DNA from: Candidatus Nomurabacteria bacterium
GTDB taxonomy: Bacteria; Patescibacteriota; Saccharimonadia; Saccharimonadales; Saccharimonadaceae
Assembly: GCA_031290255.1 (NCBI GenBank)
Contig: JAITNW010000012.1
Span: 3,919-67,918, forward strand
Length of the DNA: 64,000 nucleotides
Direction of reading: 5' to 3'
Part shown: piece by piece, positions 36,257 through 45,283 of the stretch
How positions within the stretch are numbered: the first letter of the stretch is position 1
Layout: each line of letters opens with the position of its first letter
Notes under the pieces: generated by a model
Seen by the model: the letters and a program-made list of their open reading frames with translations, nothing else
Told to the model about the DNA's origin: nothing
Database searches by the model: none
Translations under genes and position numbers: made by a program

Positions 36257-38989
36257 CTACCGTCGCCGTTTCTTATCCCCAGAATTATTATTCCCCCTCT
36301 TTTCACTATACAACTTCCCCAAATCCTTCAAACTAGAGCCTCCCCCCTCACGTTCCTCGGCCTGATTCGGGCTAATCTTCTGTTTCTTAAACTCAATCTG
36401 TGGCGTAGGTGGCGCAGCCTTTTTTTGCGGCATAAATTTGAAGTTCGGTTTTTGTACGGAATACTCATTGCCGTAATTCAAGTTAGGGTTCGATGGATTA
36501 TAAAACCCACCACTTCCAGAGCCATTTTGTCCCCCCGCTTCCCTACCTGAGTCAGACAACTCCTGCCTCCACTTCTCCGCCGCCTCAATGCTCTCGCGAA
36601 TTTCTTTCTCCACGTCTGCGCGTGGTCGCGAATAAAGCATTCTAGAGTTAGCAATAATCTGCGAGCTAAGGTCATTTGGAGCCTCTGGGATGCTCAGAGT
36701 AGTAGCAGAGAAGGCAGGAGCCTTCTCGCCAGAAATAATCATCGAAATCACGAAATGACGATTATGCATATTTAGCAGATCCGGTGCTTCAAAAGTTGGC
36801 TCAAACTGCTTAGACAGCATCGGTGCATCGTCCGCAGACACCCTAAACGACACCGTCGTGCCCACGTTGCCGAATACCGCATCCCGCACCGCATCCGTCA
36901 TCTGAGCGATATACTGGTTAGCTACGGTCAAATTGAGCCCATATTTGCGCGCCTCAGAAAGGATCACGGCAAAGGAATCCGTAGCAAAGTTTTGAAACTC
37001 ATCTACATAAAGATAAAAAGGTCGGCGATCTTCCACGCGCGGAATATCCGAACGCGACATCGCCGCCAGCTGCACCTTGGTCACCAAGAACGCGCCTAAG
37101 ATCCCCGCGTTATCCTCACCTATCAGACCCTTAGAAAGATTCACGATCAATATCTTCCCCTCATCCATAATCTTCCGAATATCAAAAGATGATTTCGGTT
37201 GCCCAATAATATTCCTAATAATCGGATTCGCCGTAAAAGCCCCCACCTTATTCAGCACAGGGGCCACGCTCTCGGTCACCTGCTTATCATTCCAGCTACC
37301 AAACTCATGCTTCCAGAACTGCAGCACGGTTACGTCCTTACAATACTCCAAGGTGTCTTTGCGGAATTGTTTATCTGTTAACATCCGAGAAATATCTAGC
37401 AAAGTAGTCTCTGGTCGATCAAGGAGGGCGAGCAGGGTATAGCGCAAAATATGCTCAAGTCTTGGCCCCCAAGACTCTCCAAACATCCGCTTCAGTACGC
37501 CAATCACCTCTGATGAAATATTAGGCTTACGTGACTCGTCGGTAAGTTCAAGTGGGTTAAACGCCACGGGATACTGCGTATCAGCAGGGTTAAAATACAC
37601 CACATCCTTCGCGCGCGATTCGGGGATAAACTTTAAGTTATTGACCGCAAAATCCCCATGCGGGTCAATAATACAATATCCCTGATTATGATAGATGTCC
37701 GACAAGGCAAAAAGCTCCAGAAGCCCAGACTTCCCTGCCCCCGTCTGCCCAATAATATAAACATGACGTGAGCGATCGCGACGCAGCATCCCAAATTGAT
37801 GCTTAATCCCTCGAAAATCCGTCAACCCAAAAGCAGAAATATTCTCATCCGTCGCCGGATTTCCCGTCAACATTGGCAATTTCGCTGGCGGTTCAGCCGT
37901 CTTATTCGTCGCCCATACAATATTTGGCGTTTCCACATTTGTATGTGGCAGATGGTAGACACTAGCGAGCTCAGAAATATTTAGCACAAAACCACTACTA
38001 GTAAACTGACGCATTTTGTATGCATCCAAATCCCCAGGGTTAAAACTTCCACCCAACATCTTAAATCCATTCAGATTTGTCGAGTTAAATTGCTTAAATG
38101 TCCCCACCAATGCTTGCATATTGAGCTTAGCATTTATCTCGCTCTGCCCAGCATAAACTAGACGGATCTTTACATCATAGCCCAATTTTGCATCCTTCTC
38201 TTCAGCCTTAGATAGCTGAGTCTTGACCCGTTCGGATAACTCAACCTTATTAGTCTCAGACTTCTCGCCTCCACCAGCCGGTGGTGCCCACAGCGCCCCA
38301 AGCGCCTCAATGAACCATACGAAATCAAATCCACCCACTCTGAATGACTTCCTGCCGCTCTTGATTTTATTTGCCCATTTATCGGTATTCTTATGCCAAT
38401 CGTCAGATATTGGCCTAGTCAGAATTTGAATCCAGAGCTCTTCATCTCCCTCTGAATTTAGTTTTGCAAGCGTACCCGTAATGCCAGCTAAAGGATCCAC
38501 CTCGAAAGACTCAAAAGTCTTAATCGGGAGTGCTTCATTCTCTATCAGCCCTATCTCTGCAGAATAAATTACTGGATATTTTTTACGATGATCCACATAG
38601 TCTTCATCCATTTTATAAATCTGCACCGAAGGATATTGAGAATAAATTTGCCCCTCTACAAAAGATTGTAAGATCTTCGGCACCCACACAAAGAACCTAA
38701 TCTGCCCACCAGTCGAAGCAATCTCGAAAGACAAATGCTCCTGCACTCCCCCAGAATTTTTTAGCTCCATCTTGTCGCGGAGAATGCCATGCAATGATGC
38801 GAATAATTGCTCTGCGGCCAACTCTTTTTTATCATTAGTTTTTGGAATCTCAAGCATCAATAAGACGCTATCGACATTCAAGATCTTCAAGCGGTTCAAT
38901 TTCTTATAATTCCTAATCGTCAAAAACACCAAAACCAGCACAATAGGGATCCAAACAATCGGCGTCAGCAAGAAACGTATAAACTCCAT
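36257..38989 (-). CDS. VirD4/TraD/TrwB-like coupling-protein ATPase with N-terminal TM and large N-domain
   Basis: 910 aa; Walker A IIGQTGAGKSG, Walker B FYLYVDEFQNF, ARKYGLNLTVANQ; low-complexity Gly/Asn/Lys tail. Confidence 0.7.
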   Translation of the reverse strand: MEFIRFLLTPIVWIPIVLVLVFLTIRNYKKLNRLKILNVDSVLLMLEIPKTNDKKELAAEQLFASLHGILRDKMELKNSGGVQEHLSFEIASTGGQIRFFVWVPKILQSFVEGQIYSQYPSVQIYKMDEDYVDHRKKYPVIYSAEIGLIENEALPIKTFESFEVDPLAGITGTLAKLNSEGDEELWIQILTRPISDDWHKNTDKWANKIKSGRKSFRVGGFDFVWFIEALGALWAPPAGGGEKSETNKVELSERVKTQLSKAEEKDAKLGYDVKIRLVYAGQSEINAKLNMQALVGTFKQFNSTNLNGFKMLGGSFNPGDLDAYKMRQFTSSGFVLNISELASVYHLPHTNVETPNIVWATNKTAEPPAKLPMLTGNPATDENISAFGLTDFRGIKHQFGMLRRDRSRHVYIIGQTGAGKSGLLELFALSDIYHNQGYCIIDPHGDFAVNNLKFIPESRAKDVVYFNPADTQYPVAFNPLELTDESRKPNISSEVIGVLKRMFGESWGPRLEHILRYTLLALLDRPETTLLDISRMLTDKQFRKDTLEYCKDVTVLQFWKHEFGSWNDKQVTESVAPVLNKVGAFTANPIIRNIIGQPKSSFDIRKIMDEGKILIVNLSKGLIGEDNAGILGAFLVTKVQLAAMSRSDIPRVEDRRPFYLYVDEFQNFATDSFAVILSEARKYGLNLTVANQYIAQMTDAVRDAVFGNVGTTVSFRVSADDAPMLSKQFEPTFEAPDLLNMHNRHFVISMIISGEKAPAFSATTLSIPEAPNDLSSQIIANSRMLYSRPRADVEKEIRESIEAAEKWRQELSDSGREAGGQNGSGSGGFYNPSNPNLNYGNEYSVQKPNFKFMPQKKAAPPTPQIEFKKQKISPNQAEEREGGGSSLKDLGKLYSEKRGNNNSGDKKRRR

Positions 38990-39017
38990 ACTTCCCCTAT
39001 TTTATCACACTAGCGCT

Positions 39018-40049
39018 TTAATTCGCTAATTTGTAAGCACCCTTTCCTACGCGAGTAAACAGATCTTTATTTTGCAAGTTCAGGAGCACTGTTGTTTCTT
39101 TAACTTTGCGTTCTTTCAGCACTCTTTTCACAATTTCTTCACGAGTCAAACCTTCTTCTCCGGCTTTCTTTAGCACTTTGCCGATAATATCAGACACCGT
39201 CCCCTTCTCGAACCCCCAGCTGTCCAGCGCATATATCCCGCGACCGATCAACACAAAGCGCGGATCCTTAATCAGTTCATTATGAATCGCCTGCACGGTC
39301 ACATCTTTGCGCTTAAAATCCGAGCTCGCAATAGCTTTAGCAATGTCGCCAAAATGCATTGGCTCCTTATTTTTCTCTAAAATCACAAAAATCTTGTCAC
39401 GAATATTCTTCGGGTTCACGGTTGGCCATTTCGCCAAGCCCCAAAGTCCGTTCAGCTCTGAAAGTAATTTACTAATGCTTGCCACAGCTTCAATATGTGA
39501 AGGATGCTCGTAGCTGAGCTTCGCATCAAGCTCATCCAGTGTCATCGGCACCTTCTGTTCCTTAATCACAGACACAATTTCGTCCACCTTTGAGCGAATC
39601 AGCTTCTCGTCCCCATATTCGGCGATACCAATTGCGCCATAATAGCGGTCATTTTCGTCCACAATAGTAAGAGCAGAGGAAATATCTCCCAAAAATGTCA
39701 AACTGGCTTTCTCTGTAGCAGAAGGCTCATGCCCCAAGATTTTCTTTGCCAAATCGGAAATTCGCGCAATGCGCCCCATTTCCGTAAGATTTCTAATTAT
39801 GATTTTTTCAGCAGCACTTAATTCTTCGATTTTGGTTTCTTCGGCCGCGATTCGGAGACGAATCAGGATGGCTTTCTCGAGTTGGCGTACGCGTTCGCGC
39901 GTAATCGACAGCATTTCTCCAATTTGTTCGAGAGTCTCTTTATGCCCTGAGAGACCAAAACGCCGGGATATGATTTCTCGTTCCCTTTCTTGCTCGATAA
40001 TATTTAGGCTACCAGTTATGGCTTTGGTAATGATTGCGGCATTGTCCAT
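39018..40049 (-). CDS. Sigma-70 region-4-like HTH protein with C-terminal winged-helix (HARE-HTH-like) domain
   Basis: 343 aa; ETLEQIGEMLSITRERVRQLEKAILIRL resembles sigma region 4.2; C-terminal MHFGDIAKAI...AIHNELIKDPRFVLIGRGIYAL. Confidence 0.55.
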   Translation of the reverse strand: MDNAAIITKAITGSLNIIEQEREREIISRRFGLSGHKETLEQIGEMLSITRERVRQLEKAILIRLRIAAEETKIEELSAAEKIIIRNLTEMGRIARISDLAKKILGHEPSATEKASLTFLGDISSALTIVDENDRYYGAIGIAEYGDEKLIRSKVDEIVSVIKEQKVPMTLDELDAKLSYEHPSHIEAVASISKLLSELNGLWGLAKWPTVNPKNIRDKIFVILEKNKEPMHFGDIAKAIASSDFKRKDVTVQAIHNELIKDPRFVLIGRGIYALDSWGFEKGTVSDIIGKVLKKAGEEGLTREEIVKRVLKERKVKETTVLLNLQNKDLFTRVGKGAYKLAN

Positions 40050-40104
40050 TCTGCGGTTTTCCTTTACTTTTTCTCACCTCTTAAATAATATTAGAATTAT
40101 GCTC

Positions 40105-40133
40105 ATATTATCATAATTATGTGCTGTTGTCAA
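40105..40133 (-). promoter_or_regulatory. Promoter of the sigma-like gene (TTGACA-N17-TAATAT)
   Basis: Reverse complement of 40105-40133; about 55 nt upstream of the ATG at 40049. Confidence 0.5.
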
Positions 40134-40258
40134 CAAGTAAATGTTGGCCCCATGTGTTCTATTTTATCACATATTTGGAATAATCAATAATTAGTTGTCA
40201 CGAAGTTTTAAGTATAAGTGGAATATGTGCTGATATGTCGGGGTAAGAGGTCAAAAAA

Positions 40259-42544
40259 CTATTTTTTAGATGCTTTTTTCTTGGTCTTAGCCGTAGAGCG
40301 AGCACGTTTCGGAGCCCGACGGCGGGTTTTTGGCTTCTCTGCCAAAATCTTCTCCGCCTCTTCTTTGGTCAATTTCTTCGGATCTACTTCTTTAGGAATT
40401 TTTGCATTGTTTCTCCTGCCCGGGCCCTTCACGTATGGGCCGTAAGCTCCCACAATAATCTGAACCTCGCCCCAATCCGCAACATACGAATCGCGCTTCT
40501 TTTCATATAGTGGCTCAGCATCTTTCAGCGAGATCGTATACGGGTCATACTCTTTCCCAAGCGATACGTTGTACTTCCCAGCCTTAAGATATGGCCCAAA
40601 CGGACCCGCAGCCGCAATAATCTCCGTACCATCCGCTGCTTGTCCAAGCCCGCGTGGAAGTTGTGGCAACTCCAATTGCTTCAGCGCCTGCTCAAGCGTA
40701 ACGGTCTTGACACTCTTACGCTTCGGCAAAGGCGCAAACCGCGGTTTCTCGCCAGTCTCCTTCTCATTGTCACCAACCTGTATAAAACCACCATTCTTCC
40801 CAATTTTCGCATAGATGGTTTTCCCCGTCTCCGGCTCATGCCCGAGTACGCGAGCGTTATTATAGCGCTCTGCCCCCTCAGAAACCGACACTTCCTGGCT
40901 AAACGGCCCATAAAAATCCCTCAGCATCTTCACGCGCTCCAGTTTCGCCTCCGCCACCAAGTCCAAATCCTTCTCAATATGCGCCGTAAACTTATAATCC
41001 ACGATATTCTTAAAATGATCCACCAGAAAACCCGCAATCAGCTCGCCAATTGGCGTCGGCAGTAACTTCCCCTTATCCGCGCCGTATTTCTCCTGCACGA
41101 CCCCACGCTTCACCGCGTCACGAGTCAATTTGAGTTCAATAGCATCACGTGTTTCACCCTCAGACTCGCCCTTGACCACGTATCCGCGCATCTGCAGCGC
41201 CGTCATAATCGAAGCGTAAGTAGACGGCCTGCCAATCCCCAGTTCTTCCAATTTTTTGACCAAAGAACCCTCCGTATATCGAGCCGGCGGCTTCGCGAAG
41301 TTCTGTCGTGCGACTACTTCTCTCGCCTGCAATTCATCCCCACTCTTCATCTTTGGCAGCTCATTCTGCTTTAATCGCCCATAAACCCTCAAAAACCCAT
41401 CAAAAGCGATAATCTCACCCTTCGCCTCAAACAAATATTCCGTAGGCGTTGTAATTTTTACAACAGTTTTCTCTAATTTTGCATCCGCCATCTGTGTAGC
41501 TAGCGCCCGAGTGCGAATCAGATTATACAATCGCTTCTCATAATCATTCTTTCCCGCTACCTCAACTTCTACATGTGTCGGCCTAATCGCCTCGTGCGCC
41601 TCTTGCGCACCGGTAGATCTGGTCTTAAAATTCCGCACTTTCAAATATTCTTTACCATAATTCTTCTCTACAAAACCCGCCATCATCGCAATCGCTTGCT
41701 TGCTCAAATTCAAACTATCAGTTCTATGGTAAGTAATATGGCCAGCCTGATACAGCGCCTGCGCAGCCTGCATCGTCGTCCGCGCCGAGAATCCAATCTT
41801 ACTATTCGCCTCAATCTGCATCGACGCCGTCGTAAAGGGCGGTGCCGGACTCCGCTTGCCAGGGCTAGTAGTAATGTCCGATATAATATACTTAGCGCCA
41901 ATCAGTTTATTCAGGAAACTTGACGCTTCTTGTTCTTCTACAAACTCATGATTAAGCACAGCTGGAAATCCAAAATCTGCACTTACCTTAAATGAGTACT
42001 TAGAAGCAAACTTCTCAATCTCGCTCTCCCGCTCCACAATGAGCCGCAAAGCCGGCGATTGCACCCGCCCAGCCGAAATCGCTCCAGGCACTTTCTTCCG
42101 CACCACACCCGAAAGATCATACCCCACCAGCATATCAAGCGTCTGTCGCGCCTGCTGGCTCGCCACCATATCCATATCTATCTGACGCGGATGGCTAATC
42201 GCATCCTCAAGTGCAGTTTTGGTAATTTCATGGAAAGTAATTCGCTTAGTATTTTTTGGTAGCCCCAAAACTTCCAAAAGATGCCAAGAAATTGCCTCTC
42301 CCTCGCGGTCTTCATCCGTCGCGAGCCAGACATAATCCGCCACTTTCGTAGCTTTCTTCAGATTAGCAATCACCGTCTTATGATCCGGATCAATTTCGTA
42401 AGTCGCGTCAAAAGTAGTCTTGTCGACTTTCGTATCTTTCCGAATATGCCCAATCGATGCCATCACTTTATAATCCTTACCAAGATATTTCTCAATTGTC
42501 TTGGCCTTAGCCGGAGACTCCACGATCACTAGATTTTTACTCAT
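40259..42544 (-). CDS. topA: DNA topoisomerase I
   Basis: Preferred start ATG 42544 (MSKNLVIVESPAKAKTIEKYLG, Toprim). Active-site region GHITYHRTDS; basic C-terminal tail. The ORF-track start at 42604 is probably too far upstream. Confidence 0.9.
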   Translation of the reverse strand: MSKNLVIVESPAKAKTIEKYLGKDYKVMASIGHIRKDTKVDKTTFDATYEIDPDHKTVIANLKKATKVADYVWLATDEDREGEAISWHLLEVLGLPKNTKRITFHEITKTALEDAISHPRQIDMDMVASQQARQTLDMLVGYDLSGVVRKKVPGAISAGRVQSPALRLIVERESEIEKFASKYSFKVSADFGFPAVLNHEFVEEQEASSFLNKLIGAKYIISDITTSPGKRSPAPPFTTASMQIEANSKIGFSARTTMQAAQALYQAGHITYHRTDSLNLSKQAIAMMAGFVEKNYGKEYLKVRNFKTRSTGAQEAHEAIRPTHVEVEVAGKNDYEKRLYNLIRTRALATQMADAKLEKTVVKITTPTEYLFEAKGEIIAFDGFLRVYGRLKQNELPKMKSGDELQAREVVARQNFAKPPARYTEGSLVKKLEELGIGRPSTYASIMTALQMRGYVVKGESEGETRDAIELKLTRDAVKRGVVQEKYGADKGKLLPTPIGELIAGFLVDHFKNIVDYKFTAHIEKDLDLVAEAKLERVKMLRDFYGPFSQEVSVSEGAERYNNARVLGHEPETGKTIYAKIGKNGGFIQVGDNEKETGEKPRFAPLPKRKSVKTVTLEQALKQLELPQLPRGLGQAADGTEIIAAAGPFGPYLKAGKYNVSLGKEYDPYTISLKDAEPLYEKKRDSYVADWGEVQIIVGAYGPYVKGPGRRNNAKIPKEVDPKKLTKEEAEKILAEKPKTRRRAPKRARSTAKTKKKASKK

Positions 42545-42600
42545 GGTGCATATACTATCACAGTTTTCCCAAAAAGCACAAACGTAAGTAGTGTCTTCAT

Positions 42601-42911
42601 ACAAAAACCAAAAGAGCCATAGTAAGGGTGGGCATCACTATGGCTCATTTGGCCCTTTAACACACCTCTTGGCACCGGGGAAACCCCGGAAGCGTAACCC
42701 ACCTCACACGTTGGGGCCCGCCGGTTAAAGGGATTGCTAGCTCTGGAAAATCTGTTCTAAGTGGAGGTATTACTTTTCACTTGAAATTTATAAAAAGAAA
42801 ATTTCAAGGCCGAACAGTCTTCTAGAGCACGCAACAACTACTAAGATAAATCTTAGTAAATGTTTTGTATTATATAGGTACGGTAGTGGGTTGCAGATGC
42901 ATCCCTTACTG
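42601..42911 (-). ncRNA. Unclassified structured RNA (~300 nt) with its own promoter and terminator
   Basis: Runs from promoter 42918-42946 to hairpin GAGCCATAGT/ACTATGGCTC plus U-run (42601-42646). Several perfect 8-10-bp internal hairpins; no ORF. Confidence 0.45.
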
Positions 42912-42917
42912 TGTTCC

Positions 42918-42946
42918 ATTATAGCACACACTTGAAATTAAGTCAA
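42918..42946 (-). promoter_or_regulatory. Consensus promoter (TTGACT-N17-TATAAT) driving the structured RNA
   Basis: Reverse complement of 42918-42946. Confidence 0.55.
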
Positions 42947-43068
42947 CACCTTTTTCACTTTTTGTTGCATAATCAAGGCTATTTTGGAGCATTTTAGGGC
43001 AAAACTTGGTCGTTTAACAGATGTGATAGTGCTTATTGTTAATTATTAAAAATATGTTAAAATCTAAG

Positions 43069-43593
43069 TTATTTTGGTGAGTTTTTCACTAATTTCACCA
43101 CATTTTGGAGAATTTGCGGAAGTTCTTTCTTCTCTTCTGGCAAGAATTTTGCCAGCACAAAATCCACATCCCCAAGTTTTTTGCGCTCATCATCGTTCCC
43201 AGTACCAATTCTGATTCTCGGAAATACGCCAGTACCAAGATGCTGTACTATCGATTTGAGCCCATTGTTACCTCCGTCCGTACCCTTAGAGCGATACCGT
43301 AAATCTCCAAAAGGCAAGTTAAAATCATCTGCCAGCACGAGCAAATCCTCCGCCAGATCCACCTTGTAGAATTTCGCAATCTTCCCCACACTCTGCCCCA
43401 CTTCATTATAAAAAGTCTGTGGCTTTACGAACAAAGTGTCCCCATCTCGCGCCACAGAGGCCATAAATTTTGGCTCTTCTTTCCATTTCAGCCTCTCAAT
43501 CTTCGCATAAAAATCCAGCGCCAAAAACCCAAAATTATGCCGCGTAAAATTATAATGCCCGCCCGGATTCCCGAGTCCAACAATTATCTTCAT
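43069..43593 (-). CDS. pth: Peptidyl-tRNA hydrolase
   Basis: Preferred start ATG 43593 (MKIIVGLGNPG); motifs TRHNFGF, VLADDFNLPFG, G..GHNG-like GGNNGLKS. Confidence 0.9.
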   Translation of the reverse strand: MKIIVGLGNPGGHYNFTRHNFGFLALDFYAKIERLKWKEEPKFMASVARDGDTLFVKPQTFYNEVGQSVGKIAKFYKVDLAEDLLVLADDFNLPFGDLRYRSKGTDGGNNGLKSIVQHLGTGVFPRIRIGTGNDDERKKLGDVDFVLAKFLPEEKKELPQILQNVVKLVKNSPK

Positions 43594-43619
43594 AAATCCC
43601 ACTTTACCATAAAAATAGG

Positions 43620-43652
43620 GGGCCACCAAGTGGCCCCCCTTTGTGCATATAG
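43620..43652 (-). terminator. Intrinsic terminator after the PhoH-like gene
   Basis: GGGGGGCCAC-uugg-GUGGCCCCC followed by UAUUUUU on the minus strand. Confidence 0.6.
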
Positions 43653-43662
43653 GGAGGATTCT

Positions 43663-45192
43663 TTATTCGCCAGAGTTCCTAGCGGTTTCACGTGCTTCCT
43701 GCTGTCGCTTCACGATTCGCATTACCAAATCGTCCCGCAAAACTTCTTCGGGGTATAGCAATATCTGAGCTACTTCTTCATCGCCTTTTAGTTGGCGGCT
43801 CACGTAGCTTAGCCCGTTGTTATACTCATCGGAATATTCCGAATGGATTTGGAGCAAATCACCCATGAAGACCATTTTTCCGTTATGCCCAAAACGTTTC
43901 ATGATGGTGTCTGCGTCCTTTCCCGAAATGTCTTGGGGCTCATCGACTAAGACGTAAGTGTAAGAGAAATCCCTACCCTTAACGTGCGGCACTGCCACCT
44001 CCTCGACCCAGTTTTCCCAGGTCAACTTAACTCTGTCGGCCAAACGTTTTAGGACGGATTTTTCGGATGGTTTATCGTCGGCACCTCCTTCGTATTGCTT
44101 TTCCTTCTTGCCGTATGCTACCTTCTTGGCGTCCTTGTCGGTCTGGATATAGTAGTTTCTGAGCGCCATTTTCATGGGCTGAGCGTTCGGATCCAATTTG
44201 AGTGTAAGGTCGCCAGGTAAATAGCCAACCCCATCATTTTCTTGGGTGCGAATCACCGCTACGACACCCATGTAGTCGCCAGCTTTAGCTGCCTCCAGGC
44301 CATATGCCGTCGCCATAAAGGTTTTTCCGGTACCTGCCACCCCTGATGCAACCACTATTTTGATATCAGGGTTGCATAGCGCTTCTGCGTAACAGGCGTG
44401 CCCTGCGTGTTTGAGCGGAGTTGGAAAATTATACGCATATTCAAGCGGTACGATTAGCTCTGCCTTTGAGTCATAGCGTCCGATATTGCTGAGATGCTTA
44501 ATATGCTCCGCCCAATCCAGCGGTGTCATAATTATGAACTCATTGGGCACCAAGGGTGCTTCGTCCGGCATCGCAGCTGTCCATTCCTCAAGCGAGATCT
44601 TGTGGTTTTTGTCCCACAAATGATACAGGTCGAATGGTACTTGAACATTGTCGCGTCTTCCAGTGTACGACGCGGGATAGCGATAGCCGTATCGGCTAGT
44701 CTTGATGCCGTTTCCAGCTGCGCAGATCGCAAGACCGTTGTCGTTTGTCAATAAGACGACTTCGGAGTCATTCGGAGCATGCTCTTTTGCGTACAGCGTA
44801 GTTAAGATTATTTGGTCGTCCATGTCTTTTTCGCTCGGATGGAAACCACCCGCGTGGATGAAGTTTCTGTGAACCGGTAGTATGGAGAACAGTCGATCAC
44901 TGCTTTCGAACTCCACTGGTGCCTTTAGATCATACACATCCTCCATCTTGAGCCCTTTATCTTCCACTATTTTACGGATACGGCGCAGGATTTTGCGCGA
45001 TGCCTCACCTCTTTCCGAGCTTTCCTTTTTGAACTTGGACAGCTCGTGAATTACGGCAATTGGCATTACAATATGCGCACCCGAAGTATCAACCGTAGGC
45101 TCATCAGGAACGGTATCTGCTCCGTTCGGGATGATGTTGGGGTAGCTAATCGCGACGTTTGTGTCAATGACAAAAATGGGCTTCGGCTTCAT
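43663..45192 (-). CDS. PIN-domain / PhoH-like ATPase fusion (PhoH2/YlaK type)
   Basis: Preferred start ATG 45192 after AGAGGAGG (MKPKPIFVIDTNV, PIN); P-loop SGVAGTGKT; DEPQ Walker B-like. Confidence 0.8.
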   Translation of the reverse strand: MKPKPIFVIDTNVAISYPNIIPNGADTVPDEPTVDTSGAHIVMPIAVIHELSKFKKESSERGEASRKILRRIRKIVEDKGLKMEDVYDLKAPVEFESSDRLFSILPVHRNFIHAGGFHPSEKDMDDQIILTTLYAKEHAPNDSEVVLLTNDNGLAICAAGNGIKTSRYGYRYPASYTGRRDNVQVPFDLYHLWDKNHKISLEEWTAAMPDEAPLVPNEFIIMTPLDWAEHIKHLSNIGRYDSKAELIVPLEYAYNFPTPLKHAGHACYAEALCNPDIKIVVASGVAGTGKTFMATAYGLEAAKAGDYMGVVAVIRTQENDGVGYLPGDLTLKLDPNAQPMKMALRNYYIQTDKDAKKVAYGKKEKQYEGGADDKPSEKSVLKRLADRVKLTWENWVEEVAVPHVKGRDFSYTYVLVDEPQDISGKDADTIMKRFGHNGKMVFMGDLLQIHSEYSDEYNNGLSYVSRQLKGDEEVAQILLYPEEVLRDDLVMRIVKRQQEARETARNSGE

Positions 45193-45283
45193 ATGAGTAC
45201 CTCCTCTATTATGATAAAGTTCTAATAAAAATGGTGGCAAATTCTTTTCCACCACCATTTCTATCTAACCCTATTCTACACGA

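Noticed and set aside
42655-42735. SRP (4.5S) RNA, suggested by CCCCGGAAGCG and the long CCCTTTAAC/GTTAAAGGG stem
   Set aside because: The conserved helix-8 pattern (GGAA tetraloop closed by paired G-C, flanked by AGCA and AGG loops) cannot be formed on either strand. RNase P (GGAAAGUCC) and tmRNA signatures are also absent. It is kept only as an unclassified structured RNA.
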